Shown here in pieces: positions 37,901-54,249 of a stretch of 64,000 nt of DNA; positions within the stretch are counted from its first letter, which is position 1, and each line of letters begins with the position of its first letter. The stretch is from Octopus vulgaris (Eukaryota), in contig OX597840.1 of NCBI GenBank assembly GCA_951406725.2, forward strand, positions 26,102,001-26,166,000, given 5' to 3'. A program made the translations under genes and the position numbers. The notes under the pieces are model-generated. The model was not told where the DNA came from, ran no database searches, and worked only from the letters and a program-made list of their open reading frames with translations.

Positions 37901-39280
37901 GTTTTCAATTAATTACCTAAGTTATCCTTTTCTCTCTTCGTAATACATATATATTTAAATTCAAATTACGATGAACGTAAACAAACAAACGAAGTTTGCT
38001 TTAGAAGCTTTGAGATGTCTTAGGAAGTTAAAGAAGTGATTTTAAATTCTCAAAGGCAGGATATTGCTAATAATATAGCCTGAACAGGATAAGCTATCCC
38101 TATTTTGCAGAAAAGTGTTGGCGGCCGGCTATGTGATTCGAACTCACACCTCCGTGATTACGCATCGCTGTATTTTTCACTCACCACGATAAACAATATT
38201 TCCTTGCGATGTAAAAAGGAAGAGAAACATTAATTGTAAGGTGTAAGAATTTAAAAATAAAGAAGAAAACGAGAATAATTTAATGTTAAAACTACATCAT
38301 TTGCCCCCATTGAGAAGGATTGTCACCAATTTCCTTCTCCACCTCAACCAATAATTTTTCCTACATCAAAAATTCCCCACGAAAGATTTTGATGCTGTTA
38401 GTCATCCATACTGATTATTTGCTGACTGTTATTCATGTTTCATATTCAACAGAATATTGACATTAAGCTTCCTGTATGTGTGTATTTATAAATGTACGGA
38501 AAGAGGCAGGGGAGGTGTGATATCTCTTTTACGACACATGACTGAGATGAAAGCATCAGATATCTAGTGTTATTGACATGTATATTGGTGTGTGTCTATG
38601 ACAGACTTAATGTCCAGGAGATGTTATTATACTACACATATCTACTCCCTGATATAAACTTCTTGAAAACAGAGAGATGGGATAAATTTAATACTTCAGA
38701 TAAAGAATTACTTCTACAATTTAGGAAAAGAGAAATGTCGTAAATTTGCACTTTTGAATATCTGCCTTTTAAACATACTTGATGTCTTATATTATTTTTT
38801 CTATTCTTTCAGAAAATCACACGAAATTGGCTAAAGAGTATTTTTTACTTTTAAAGAATCATCAATATGTATCATGTTTGAAAGACTCTGCAAAGATATT
38901 CTACAAACGTATAATCCTGCTTCTATAAAACATTGCTGAATTACAGTAAAATATTTCCTCTGAGAGAGAAAGCATTTCTTTACTTCTGTGTCTGAAATGT
39001 GCAAGAGATAATTTTCTCTTTTAAATATACTTTGATGGATTTCCAAAGAGTATTTGCAACATTTTTAAATATTGGCATTGATCATGTTCAGAAGAAATAT
39101 AAGAGAAGTGATATTTGTTTGGAATAAACTATAAAAGCAAAAAGAAGCAAAATATCCATATATTTTGGTGAGAGAAGAAATATTATTGAAAAGTTGTTGA
39201 TCTGTACAACTTGAAGGATTGATTTTATTTTTCTTGAAGAAATATCGGAGGAATACGGAAACTCATCATATGACTGTGGC

Positions 39281-41201
<1,921 letters not shown>

Positions 41202-44200
41202 CACAGCAACATTGGTTGTATAACATTCCTTCAGAAGGACAAGTTTGTATCTCATAAAACCCTCTACACAAGAAAGAAACTATATCAATGTGATATCAAT
41301 GGTAAGCCTTTCATTTGAAATGATCCATTAACGAATCGAAAGAGCATTGACAGAGGAAGGAAAACATATCACTGTGATAGCAGTGCTTAATCATTCTATG
41401 AAAATGAAGAATTCTACACAGTCATATTAATATGAAAGATAAAACCATACCCTAAGACATTTGTGCTAAGTCAATCTATGAAAATGATCAATTATTAAAA
41501 CATAACTGCATTCATACAGAAGAGGAACCATATCACTACAAAGATGATAATCATCATCATTTAAAATTCGCTTTTCCATGCTCCAATGGATCAGATGGAA
41601 TTCATTGATGGAGATTTTCCTGGGCTGGGTACCCTTTCTTGTCACCAATCTTCACCTGTTTCCAAGCAAGGAAATATTTTCCCTGGTGAGACATATTTTA
41701 CACAGGACTGGAAATGAACAACTGCACAAGTATGACGGTCATGATGGCCATTTACGGACATCACATAATGTCTGTACAAGGATACACTCACTTGTGCATA
41801 CACACACACACGTGTATATATGTATGTATGAAGAATTTCTAATAGGAGATATTTTACATGTTTTCTCTTTGTCTAAAAGTTTGTAATTCCTATTAGGTAA
41901 TGAAACACATGTAATGCTGAATAAATACTATCAAACTGTTTTCCAGTCTTCTTATATGATATGTAATTACTCTGCAAAAAATATTATCCAAACCTCAGAC
42001 AAAAATAATATTTATGTACATATATAATAACCAGCTTGTTTGTACAGCTGTTATGCTTTCATTAGATTAGTGGAATAAATGAGGGGTGGGGACAGAAGTG
42101 GAGAAAAGGGAGGGAGAAATAGAGTAAGGTGATCTTATAATAATTCTGCTTCTCATTCTGTTACTTAGCTCGTCAGTAACACTTTCATGTTATTAGAGAA
42201 AAGGGGGTACAGAGAGAAAAGATGATAAGACAAAGAGTGAGACAAATAGAGAAAGAAAAAAAAAGGAGAGACAAAAAGACTAGGAAAGAAGCAAGCATGA
42301 CATGTGATGGGGGGAATGTAATAGTTATTTTATGGTTAAAAAAGCTAGCTGAAGGTTGTGATATAGAGAAGAGTTAGAAATATAATCTTAGCAGAGGGGT
42401 GATGTTCTGATGGTGAGATTAAAGAAAGGCAGAGAGAGAGATGATGGTGGTGGTGTGTTGATAGGGAAAAGGAATTTCTTTTTTTTATAGAGACCATCAC
42501 TCAACACTTGCACTTCTGTGCAATTATTTATCGTCTTCTCACTTAAGAGATTGATATTTGTTTCTAAGGATTAATTTAGCCTAAACTATGGATTCACAAG
42601 AGACACAGTTGCAAGCTGCCTGAGAAAAGATGCACAGATCTAGAGCATGGAACACTAAGAAGATATAATAAAAAAGAGGAAAAAGATGGCACCAATGGTG
42701 TTGTGAGGAATTGGATGTAGACAGATGCCAAGTATATTCAAAGAAAGTTAAAACTATGAATGCTATAAAAATGCAAATCATCCTCTCTTTCTTAAATAGG
42801 TCCTCTTAATTTTTTTCATTCTGTAGAATTTACATGGGTCCCACTAGTAATTAATAATAAACTAAGGTGGCGAACTGGCAGGGTCGTTAGCACATTGGGG
42901 AAAATGCTTAGCTGTGGTTCTTCTGACATGACATTTGCATTTAAATTCTGCCAAGGTGGACTTTGTCTTTTGTCCTTTTGGCGGTTGGTGGAAATAAGCA
43001 ACGGTTGAGCACTGGAATCGACATATTCAACTTAACATACACACCCGTGGAATTGCTGGCCTTGTGCCAAAATTTGAAAACAGTACGAACTTTGATGTCA
43101 ACTTCTTGCTCTTGCCTGTGATAATGCCAGAAGCACGTTGGCTTGCTTCAGTAGGTTCTGTTGAACCTTGGTGTGTGGCCAACTGAGGAATTCTATCAAA
43201 GACTTTCTCCAGGCCAACAAGTGCCAAGTATAATGGTTTATTCACAACTAAATACTTGTATTGCAGTTGTAAGTAGGCAGACCTATACACACACACACAT
43301 ATATTACATTAAAAATGAACTTCAATCTTGCTTCCAATGTTACATAGCCAAAATGGCACATAATAGGGAAAATACTAAGAATTAAGACTTTCCTGAAATG
43401 TGAATACAAACGGAATAAAACAAGTTTCGCATGAATTGGACAACTGGTTCTTGAGATATTAGGAGTTTTGGTGGGTATAAATACCCAAAACAGTGCATAT
43501 TGGGAAAATACACCAAAAATAACTTAACACTAAAAAGGAAGAATTTCTAGCCTTTCGGTTAGACACATTATGACTAACTTGCCAACAAAAAAAGTTGTTT
43601 TTACAGGAAATGTTTCTATTTTTGCTTTTTTGTATTTATATTTTAGCTTTCTTTAAACAGACAATTTTATTTATTTTTTTATTATTTTCAATTGAATACC
43701 ATTACGAAAATTGTTTTGGCATATTTAAAAATATTTTAAAGTGAAGATGGCTTTAGAAATACCGTAAATATTTCGTAAAAGACCTGTTCATAACCTCACT
43801 TTGAAATAAATTCTTTCCATAGGTTTTTTTTCAAATGCATTCAATGTATCTCACCTCCAAAGATTTGGTTGCTATTTCTAGCATGCCCTGTTACCATATA
43901 ACAGATATTTACGCTAAAGGACTCAAAATAGCTGTTACGTGGTAGGAGCGCATGCAAGAAATAGCAGCCGAACCTTTCTTTTTCTAAGGAAAGGAGCCGT
44001 TTACGTGTGATTTCAAGGCCACATACATTGAAAGCATGGAAAATAACCCAGAAAAAAAACAAAACAAAACTCTGTTGGTGGGGAAACTCCAAGGTCCCCC
44101 ACCACCCCTCCCCCTTTCTTTTCTGGAAGAATGTGGCGGGTGGTGGGTTTGGACTGAGCATCGTTGAATGCACTCAAAAAACATGTGGAAAAATTATTTC

Positions 44201-44916
44201 ACACCAAAGTACAAACGGGTCCTTTAATGAAAAAGAAAGGACGGGTCGTTCGAAGCTTTCTATCCCCTGTAAAGAACCAGGTCATCCTCGCAATTTCGGC
44301 TGATTAATCTTGAGATTGCTCCAATCTGGCCAGCCCCAAGGAAAAAGTAAGCTAAGAGCATCAGATTCCTTGGAAGAAAGCATGGAATCTATACGAAAAT
44401 AAGGACGGAAAAACAGACGATGTTACACAAGTATAAATACAAAATACAATAAAAATATTAATAATAATAACAGGACATAACAACAGGTGTCTTTCGACTG
44501 GGGACGAATTGAATTCAGCTGGTGTGTGTGGAAATGAAGCCTTACGGTAGAGATACAGAGCTTTCACCAACACAGGGAAGAATATCGATGTTGCACTGAC
44601 CGTGGTCAGACGCAAAAAGAGGGTTAGCAGTCTGGCCTATCAGTCACGTGGGAAGAGAAGAGGAACAAAAGAATTAAGGAGGGGAAAGAGAGAGAGTTGT
44701 AGGTTTGTTCGACTACAAGTGGTGCTCCAGCATGGCCGCAGTCGAATGACTGAAACAAAAGTAAAAGTACCCTATGAATTACCGTGTGAAGAATACAGAT
44801 TCACAAATATTTGACAACACGTGTTGCCATGCTCAAAATGATAGCTTCCAAACCCTGTTTTGTGAATGAGTAAACATAATCGAACTTTAAGCCATTGTAA
44901 CTTAAAAACAACTTTC

Positions 44917-45264
44917 GGATCTTTTCGGTTTGAATGGCAGTTTTTTCTAGCGGTGTCATATGAAATTGTCACCCATAATTATGACCCTAGTATCGATCTA
45001 TTGCATTTCAATCTATTTTAGGGTTGGGGTTAGGGGAAAGGGTATCTTTTTTCTTCAGAAATGTAAATAAACCCAATCTGTTTCTTAAACGAGGGACATA
45101 TTCATAAGGTACATAATGTTTTCACCTCAATAGACATCATTGATTGGTTGAAATTGCAGAAATTGAAGGGTACAAAAAGTGTTTGGATGTTTTTACGAAG
45201 TTTAAAAGTGTTTGGTTACCTAGAAATTATTTTTAAAAACTGCCGTTCAAACCAAAAAGATCCC
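44917..45264. mobile_element. MITE (paralogue of 7081-7479 and 24640-24978)
   Basis: Same TIRs and position. Confidence 0.7.
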
Positions 45265-45739
45265 AACTTTCTGTGGAAGAAGCAAATTAACTGATGAAAT
45301 TCTGCCTAGAAAATTACATGAATCCCTCAAATATTAAAATTATCAGATCTTTTTGGTTTGAATGGCTGTTTTTTAACATAATTTCTAGGTAACTAAAAAA
45401 TTTTAAACTTCGTATACTGGAAGAATGTGTTTATAAAACATCATTTTCTCTTTCTACATGGATCCACCTTACTCACCAACACTTCTCCTTCCACCCCACT
45501 CACTATCACCTTTTGTTTTCCCAAGGTTTACCTTCAAACCCTTGCTTTCAAATGCCTCCTTCAATTTCCAAAACTTCTCTCTCATCAGAACAAGGTCATC
45601 TGCATACAGTATCTCTATTTACGGTCTCTTTCTTGCACTCTCCTTCTCCACATCAACCACTAGTGCAAACAACAATGGTGATAACACAGATCCCTGATGC
45701 ACACCGACTTTCACCACAAACAAGCTGGTTACTATATAT

Positions 45740-45932
45740 GGTGGAAGCACTCCGTCGGTTACGACGACGAGGGTTCCGGTTGATCCGAATCAACGGAACA
45801 GCCTGCTCGTGAAATTAACGTGTAAGTGGCTGAGCACTCCACAGACACGTGTAAAACGCCCGGTCTGGGAATTGAAACCGCGATCCTACGACTGCGAGTC
45901 CGCTGCCATAACCACTGGGCCATTGCGCCTCC
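45740..45932 (-). mobile_element. Internally deleted copy of the SINE at 6222-6606
   Basis: Same TSD (ggttactatatat) and both ends; about 190 bp missing at the junction acacgtgta|aaacgccc near 45853. Confidence 0.85.
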
Positions 45933-45948
45933 GGTTACTATATATATA

Positions 45949-46440
45949 CTGTAAATCCTCGGTTTAGTCCACACTTGAGTATAACACCTAAACCTAAACC
46001 TTGTGTATAATACACATCCCTTCTCTAACTTGAGTCGTGCATAATTAAGCCAGCAGCACCTAGTCAAACAAACACTTCCACGCATGCGTAATACAATAAT
46101 GGTGATGTTTTTAACTGTTATATGGGAATGTAAATATGTTTGCAAATTGTTTTTGTTACATGTTATTCTGTGTTCTGAATACTTTTATTTTAATATATGT
46201 TGCTTATTGCAAGTTATGGATGATTCTTTTATGACTTCATTGCTTTCAGGCTTAGCGTAAGGTATTTTCGCGCCTGACAGCACAAAATGCGTCTGAACAA
46301 ACATTGCCTGACAGCAAAATAGAGACTCGGACATTGCTTAGAAAATATTTTTCATTTTTAACCTTGTATATAGTACGCACTAGGGATTTTGACCAATAAA
46401 TTTTAGGAAAAAAATGCGGATTATACTCGAGGATTTACGG
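45949..46440. mobile_element. pogo/Tigger-like MITE
   Basis: Same TIRs and TA flanks as 5785-6189 and 25461-25936. Confidence 0.7.
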
Positions 46441-47231
46441 TATACATATATATTATTTTTGTGGGCGGTTTGGATGATATTTTTTGCGGAGTAATTACAT
46501 AACACATAAGGACAGTGGAGAAAAGTTTGGTATTATTTATTCAGCATTACATGTGTTTCATTTCCTAATAGGAATTACAAACATTTAGATGTGTAGAGAA
46601 CCTATAAGGTATTTCCTATAAGAAAATCTTCAGACATACATAAGTGTGTGTGTGTGTGTGCACCCTTGTCCAGATATTATGTGGTGTTCATAAATGGCCA
46701 TCATGACCGTCATACTTGTGCAGTTGTTCATTTCCAGTCCTCTGTGTAAAATATGTCTCACCAGGGAAAATATTTCCTTGCTTGGAAACAGGGAAGGTAT
46801 CAATGAATTCAATCCGATCCATAGAAGAATGTAAAAGTGAATGTTAAATGATGAGGATCATCATCATCGTAGTGATATGGTTCCTCTTCTGTTTGAATTC
46901 ATTTACGTTATAATTGATCATTATCAGATATCTTAGGGTATGGCATATCCTTCATATTAACAGGACTGTGTATAATTAATTCACCATTTTGAAAGAATGA
47001 TTCAGGTTTAACATCACAGTGATATGTTTTCCTTCCTCTGTCAATGCTCTTTTGATTCAATAATGGATGATTTCATGTCAAAGATTTACCATAGATGTCA
47101 TATTCATATAGTTTCTATATTCTGTGGATGTCTTTATAAGATACGTCCTTTGTCTTTTTGAGGAAATGTTATACAACAAATATCACTGTGTTATGGACCC
47201 ACTTCATAAGGAAAGACTTCTGTTTAAATCA

Positions 47232-47366
<135 letters not shown>

Positions 47367-49448
47367 CTACCCTGTATGAATACGGTTGTGGTGAATGAAG
47401 CCACTGTTCTGAGAGAATGATTTACCACAGATATCACAGTGATATGGTTTCTCCCCTGTATGGATACGTGTGTGTTCAGTTAAGCCACTGTTTTGAGAGA
47501 ATGATTTACCACAGATATCACAGTGATATGATTTCTCCCCTGTATGGATACGTTTGTGTCTAGCTAAGTTACTGTCACTAGATAATGATTTACCACAGAT
47601 GTCACAGCGATATGGTTCCTCACCTGTGTGAATACGTTTGTGAGTAGTTAAGTTACCTTCTTGAGTGAATGATTTACCACAGATATCACAGCAATATGGT
47701 TCCTCACCTGTATGAATACGCTTGTGTTTGGTTAAGCTACTGCTAACAGAGAATGATTTACCACAGATATCACAGTGGTATGGTTTCTCACCTGTATGAA
47801 TACGTTTGTGAGTAGTTAAGTTACCTTCTTGAGTGAATGATTTACCACAGATATCACAGCAATATGGTTCCTCACCTGTGTGAATATGTTTATGTGCAGT
47901 CAAGTTACTGCCAGCAGAGAATGATTTACCACAGATATCACAGTGGTATGGTTTCTCCCCTGTATGAATACGTGTATGTTGAGTTAAGTGATTGCTAACA
48001 GTGAATGATTTACCACAGATATTACAGTGATATGGTTTCTCTCCTGTATGAATACGTTTATGTGCAGTCAAGTTACTGCCAACAGAGAATGATTTACCAC
48101 AGATATCACAGTGGTATGGTTTCTCACCGGTATGAATACACTTGTGTTTAGTTAAGCTGCTGTTTTCAGAGAAAGATTTGCCACAGATATCACAGCGATA
48201 TGGTTTCTCACCTGTATGAATACGCTTGTGTTTGGTTAAGTTACTGCTAACAGAGAATGATTTACCACAGATATCACAGTGGTCTGGTTTCTCCCCTGTA
48301 TGAATACGTGTATGTTGAGTTAAGCTACTGCTAACAGAGAATGATTTACCACAGATATTACAGTGATATGGTTTCTCTCCTGTATGAATACGTTTATGTG
48401 CAATCAAGTTACTGCCAACAAAGAATGATTTACCACAGATATCACAGTGGTATGGTTTCTCACCTGTATGAATACGCTTGTGTTTAGTTAAACTGCCGTT
48501 TTCAGAGAAAGATTTGCCACAGATATCACAGCGATATGGTTTCTCCCCTGCATGAATACGCTTGTGTGTGGTTAAGCTAATGTTAACAGAGAAAGATTTG
48601 CCACAGATATCACAGGGATATGGTTTCTCACCTGTATGAACACGTTTGTGTTTAGTTAAGGTATTGCCAGCAGAGAATGATTTACCACAGATATCACAGC
48701 AATATGGTTCCTCACCTGTGTGAATACGTTTGTGTGCAGTGAAGTTACTGCTAACAGAGAATGATTTACCACAGATATCACAGGGATATGGTTTCTCACC
48801 TGTATGAACACGTTTGTGTTTAGTTAAGGTATTGCCAGCAGAGAATGATTTACCACAGATATCACAGCAATATGGTTCCTCACCTGTGTGAATACGTTTG
48901 TGTGCAGTGAAGTTACTGCTAAAAGAGAATGATTTACCACAGATATCACAACGATATGGTTCCTCACCTGTGTGAATACGTTTATGTGCAGTCAAGGTAC
49001 GGCCAACAGAGAATGATTCACCACAGATACCACAGTGATATGGTCTCTCACCTGTATGAATACGTTTGTGAGTAGTTAAGTTACCTTCTTGAGTGAATGA
49101 TTTACCACAGACATCACAGCAATATGGTTCCTCACCTGTGTGAATACGTTTGTGTGCAGTGAAGTTACTGCCAACAGAGAATGATTTACCACAGATATCA
49201 CAGCAATATGGTTCCTCACCTGTGTGAATATGTTTGTGTACAGTCAAGGTACTGCCAACAGAGAATGATTCACCACAGATACCACAGTGGTATGGTTTCT
49301 CACCTGTATGAATACGTTTGTGGTTAGTAAAGCTACTGTGAAGAGAGAATGATTTACCACAGATATCACAGCGATATGGTTCTTGACTTGTATGAATTTC
49401 TTGGTGTTTACTGGATTTACGTTTTTCTAAAAATGACATTTTGTACAT
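47367..49448 (-). CDS. G7: C2H2 zinc-finger protein, 24 fingers, beta/A chimera
   Basis: 693-aa ORF with an MYKMS start like G2/G3/G6. Its last three fingers (SDSN, QNSG, QNSG) and 3' flank match G4. Confidence 0.93.
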   Translation of the reverse strand: MYKMSFLEKRKSSKHQEIHTSQEPYRCDICGKSFSLHSSFTNHKRIHTGEKPYHCGICGESFSVGSTLTVHKHIHTGEEPYCCDICGKSFSVGSNFTAHKRIHTGEEPYCCDVCGKSFTQEGNLTTHKRIHTGERPYHCGICGESFSVGRTLTAHKRIHTGEEPYRCDICGKSFSFSSNFTAHKRIHTGEEPYCCDICGKSFSAGNTLTKHKRVHTGEKPYPCDICGKSFSVSSNFTAHKRIHTGEEPYCCDICGKSFSAGNTLTKHKRVHTGEKPYPCDICGKSFSVNISLTTHKRIHAGEKPYRCDICGKSFSENGSLTKHKRIHTGEKPYHCDICGKSFFVGSNLIAHKRIHTGEKPYHCNICGKSFSVSSSLTQHTRIHTGEKPDHCDICGKSFSVSSNLTKHKRIHTGEKPYRCDICGKSFSENSSLTKHKCIHTGEKPYHCDICGKSFSVGSNLTAHKRIHTGEKPYHCNICGKSFTVSNHLTQHTRIHTGEKPYHCDICGKSFSAGSNLTAHKHIHTGEEPYCCDICGKSFTQEGNLTTHKRIHTGEKPYHCDICGKSFSVSSSLTKHKRIHTGEEPYCCDICGKSFTQEGNLTTHKRIHTGEEPYRCDICGKSLSSDSNLARHKRIHTGEKSYHCDICGKSFSQNSGLTEHTRIHTGEKPYHCDICGKSFSQNSGFIHHNRIHTG

Positions 49449-50695
49449 GCCACAGTCATATGATGAGTTTCCGTATTCCTCCGATATTTCTTCAAGAAAA
49501 ATAAAATCAATCCTTCAAGTTTTACAGATCAACAACTTTTCAATAATATTTCTTCTCTCACCAAAATATATGGATATTTTGCTTCTTTTTGCTTTTATAG
49601 TTTATTCCAAACAAATATCACTTCTCTTATATTTCTTCTAAATGTGATCATTGCCAATATTTAAAAATGTTGCAAATACTCTTTGGAAATCCATCAAAGT
49701 ATATTTAAAAGAGAAAATTATCTCTTGCACATTTCAGACACAGAAGTAAAGAAATGCTTTCTCTCTCAGAGGAAATATTTTACTGTAATTCAGCAATGTT
49801 TTCTAGAAACAGGATTATACGTTTGTAGAATATCTTTGCAGAGTCTTTCAAACATGATACATATTGATGATTCTTTAAAAGTAAAAAATACTTTTTAGCC
49901 AATTTCAGGCGATTTTCTGAAAGAATAGAAAAAATAAGATAAGACATCAAGTATGTTTAAAAGGCAGATATTCAAAAGTGCAAATTTACGACATTTCTGT
50001 TTTCATAAATTGTAGAAGTAATCCTTTATCTGAACTATTAAATTTATCCTATCTCTCTGTTTTCAAGAAGTTTATATCAGGGAGTAGACATATGTAGTAT
50101 AATAACATCTCCTGGACATTAAGTCTGTCATAGACACACACCAATATACATGTCAATAACACTAGATATCTGATGCTTTCATCTCAGTCATGTGTCGTAA
50201 AAGAGATATCACACTTCATCTGCCTCTTTCCGTACATTTATAAATACATACATACAGGAAGCTTAATGTCAATATTCTGTTGAATATGAAACATGAATAA
50301 CAGTCAGTAAATAATCAGTATGGATGACTAACAGCATCAAAATCTTTTGTGGGGAATTTTTCATGTAGGAAAAATTATTGGTTGAGGTGGAGAAGGAAAT
50401 TGGTGACAATCCTTCTCAATGGGGGCAAATGATGTAGTTTTAACATTAAATTATTCTCATTTTCTTCTTTACTTTTAAATTCTTACAAGTTACAATTAAT
50501 GTTTCTCTTCCTTTTTACATCGCAAGGAAATATTGTTTATCGTGGTGAGTGAAAAATACAGCGATGCGTAATCACGGAGGTGTGAGTTCGAATCTCATAG
50601 CCGGCCGCCAACACTTTTCTGCAAAATAGGGGTAGCTTATCCTGTTCAGGCTATATTATTAGCAATATCCTGCCTTTGAGAATTTAAAATCACTT

Positions 50696-51251
50696 TGTAG
50701 TGACGCTATACAGCGGCGCGCGCGCACCGTCCATTCCTGTTTCGCGCGTGCGGGCTTGGTGCTTTCACCACCGGAAGTAGGACCTTTTGCCTACGTGGCA
50801 GTTAGCCGAGGCAAGGGGATCGTAGAACGTTTGACCACTAGCAGCAGTCAGCAGCGACTTGAGACATGGCTATCGAAGGTACAACACGTATATTCTCTCT
50901 GTCCGAATTTGATTCTAGCAGCAGCCTATACCGAAAGCTTTTAACCAAATTGTTGCAGACTACATCATCTTCCTTTCTCCGGACGCCATCTTTGACAAGT
51001 ATCGTTTTGCATTTGAACACTTTCTTATTTTACAGCGATAAGGTTCAGCTGAGACACATCTATACCAAAGGGATGCCAGATACACCAATTATCGGTTACC
51101 ACATAAGAGAATAAAGTAGATATATATTATTTACGTCTGGGTCTTGTTGTTTCTGACTGGTAGAGAATCTGGATTATTAAAGCAACGGAAAGTGATTGCT
51201 TCTCGCACCCCCAAAAGGTCCAGAGAAGATATTCACACTAAGATCGTTACA
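50696..51251 (+). mobile_element. Solo LTR in the G7 intron, same insertion as 17311-17853
   Basis: TGTAGTGACG...CGTTACA with TSD ACTT at the identical paralogous position. Confidence 0.85.
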
Positions 51252-54249
51252 ACTTCTTTAACTTCCTAAGACATCTCAAAAGCTTCTAAAGCAAACTTCG
51301 TTTGTTTGTTTACGTTCATCGTAATTTGAATTTAAATATATATGTATTACGAAGAGAGAAAAGGATAACTTAGGTAATTAATTGAAAACAACATAAAAAA
51401 AACAGAGTACAATTCATATATAATGCCTTAAATCCCAACAACGGACCATTGAATGTGTTTATGTGAAAAAAGATATCGAAAAACATTAGCACGTAAGAGT
51501 GAGAAAGAAACTCGGAAGGTATCAGGTGGTCGTGGGGTGCGCGATAAATAACAGCTAAATTGCTCTTCAATCGGTTTTTTCCCTTCTTTGTTGGTTTCAT
51601 AACCGTTTCAATCCTTGCATGTACAGCAGAAATACGCAGAAATTTTCTGAAAATTCCCCCAAAATAAAAATATGTGATAAGCGGTTACATTGGGTGCTTA
51701 AAGAAAGATTCCTTTGAAAAATAGATATTAATTGTAAGTTGTAATGAAGGAGAAGAACCTTCGGAAATAGAGACTTCCTAGGTTTTAAATAAAATCCGTT
51801 CCATTTCTTCTGTATACAATATTTACTTTTCGTTTCAGTATTTCAAGTGCACACTCGTATTTTTATACATTCCGCATGTCTTAGAAATTACATCGTAATT
51901 TTCCCGCGGAATTTACATGTGAGGAAGAAAGAGAAAAGTTATCTACACAAGGTATCCATCGGACGTTAACAAATAATATAGGAAATAAGGAAAGATGCAA
52001 TGAAATATCTGAATGTAAAGGAGAACACAACGGAAGTATTGAAAGAACAGCCTCACCGAAGTTGAAAAAGTGGGTTTCCATCGCCAAAAAATTAAAGAAA
52101 GGTAGGTGCGGTCCATGCCCTTTACCTCCGCTATTTCGTCTTTGTTTAGTGAGATTCTTTCTTGTAACTTACTCAACACATCGAAACAAACAGACGTACG
52201 TAATATGATACATATACAATAGAAATATACTTACATAGTAATATATATTCAGAGAGAGTCAACGATGAAAATATGAGAATATGTTGAATCAGGGAAAAGT
52301 TAGAGTGGACAGTGACAGCTTCAAGAGAATTTTTACGACGAATATTCATATTTAACAGGTCAACATAATATAAAAAAATGCTGCATCTGTTTCTTTAGAC
52401 ACTTAATTACCAATTACGTGTCTATTTAATTAGATTTTCTCTTCAATATCAGTTGTAAAGTGGAACTGAGCAAGCAATACACATGCATACGGAGCAACAA
52501 AATTAGGAAGAATTAACTCTGAACAAACGTCTTGTCTTTGTAAGAAATGGGGAATGTATAAAAATACGAGTGTGCACTCGAAATACCGAAACGAAAAGCA
52601 AATATCGTAACGAGAGGAAATGGAACGGCTTTTATTTGAGAGATAGGAAGTCTTTATTTCTGGTGGTTCTTCTGCATCATTAAAATTTAGAATTAGTATG
52701 TTTTTCTAATTTATTTAATTTTTGTGTGTGTGGAGTGCTGCTTTAAGCACCTAATATAATCCCTCGTCACATATTTTTATTTTGGGGAATTTTCAGAAAT
52801 TTTTGCGTACGAGAATTTGAAATTATCCATTATTGAATCAAAAGAACATTGACAGAGGAAGGAAAACATATCACTGTGATGTTAAACCTGAATCATTCTT
52901 TCAAAATGGTGAATTAATTATACACAGTCCTATTAATATGAAAGATATAACTGTAACCTAAGCTATTCGTGCTAAATCAATCTACGAAAATGATCAATTA
53001 TTGAAATGTAAATGCATTCATACAGAAGAGGAACCACGATGATGATGATCCTCATCATTTAAAATTCTCCTATTCTTGCTTCTGTGGATCAGATGGAATT
53101 CATTGATGGAGATTTTCTACATCTGGGTCCCTTTCTTGTGACCAATCTTCACCTGTTTCCAAGCAAGGAAATATTTTCCATAAAATATGGTGAGACATAT
53201 TTTATGCAGAAGGCTAGAAGTGAACAACTGCACAAGTATGACGGTCATGATGGCCCTTTACGAACATCACATAATATCTAGGCAAAGGAACACGCACAGA
53301 TACATGTGTATGTCTGAAGAATTTCTTATAGGAAATATCTTAAATGTTTTCTCTACGTGTAAATGTTTGTGATTCCTATTAGGAAATGAAACACATGTAA
53401 TGCTGAATAAATAATATCAAACTCTTCTCTATTGTCCTTATGTGATTTGTAATTACTCTGCAAAAAATATTATCCAAACCTCCCACAAAAATAATACACA
53501 CAGACAGATATGGTGGTGAGTGCATAGTGAAAACGGTTTTGTCTTTTCATGGAAATAAATTTTTGTATCACCTACAAATTGAAATGTGTATTGGCTCTGA
53601 CCCATCACCTTGGCTTATAAGTTACCAATGATACGGTTTTCAGTGTATGCCATGTTCCTTTAATTTTTTACTCACATGAAATTGTGACTCCTATATTTTA
53701 CTATACAATTTTTGTTTTCTAGGAGAAAAATTTGAGCATTTCAATTTCAAAATGTAATTTTATCTGTTTATGGTCAAAATGGAAAAATAAGAGTGAATAT
53801 TTATTTTATGAGAGCTGAGTGTATAAAATTGTGCATAAAATGTCGGTGCCATCTTTGTGTAAGTGGTACCGACAATAATTGTGATTTATGAGGAAGAATT
53901 TTCAAAGAAACGCTTTCAAAAAATATGAAATATATATATATAAATGGCGGTGCCCCAGCATGGCCACAGCTTGTGAGCTGAAACTAAATAAAATAAAAAT
54001 AAATAAAATATAAAGTAGAGCCGAAATTATTTAAAGACGAGAGTTAGTTCCCCTTGATCTTTCATCTGCGTTTTGAGAAATTTGCTGCCTTTTGTCGAGA
54101 GAGTTCGATTTTTTGCTTATCGTTGTTTGTGTTAATTGTTAATTGAACGGTGCCCGTTGTGTAACGGTAGTTTTCGCCCTGCGGGGCGGAAGGTTCTGTG
54201 TTTAAAATTGTTGTTACCTTCGGGGTGGGTTTTGAAACATTTTTGAGAA

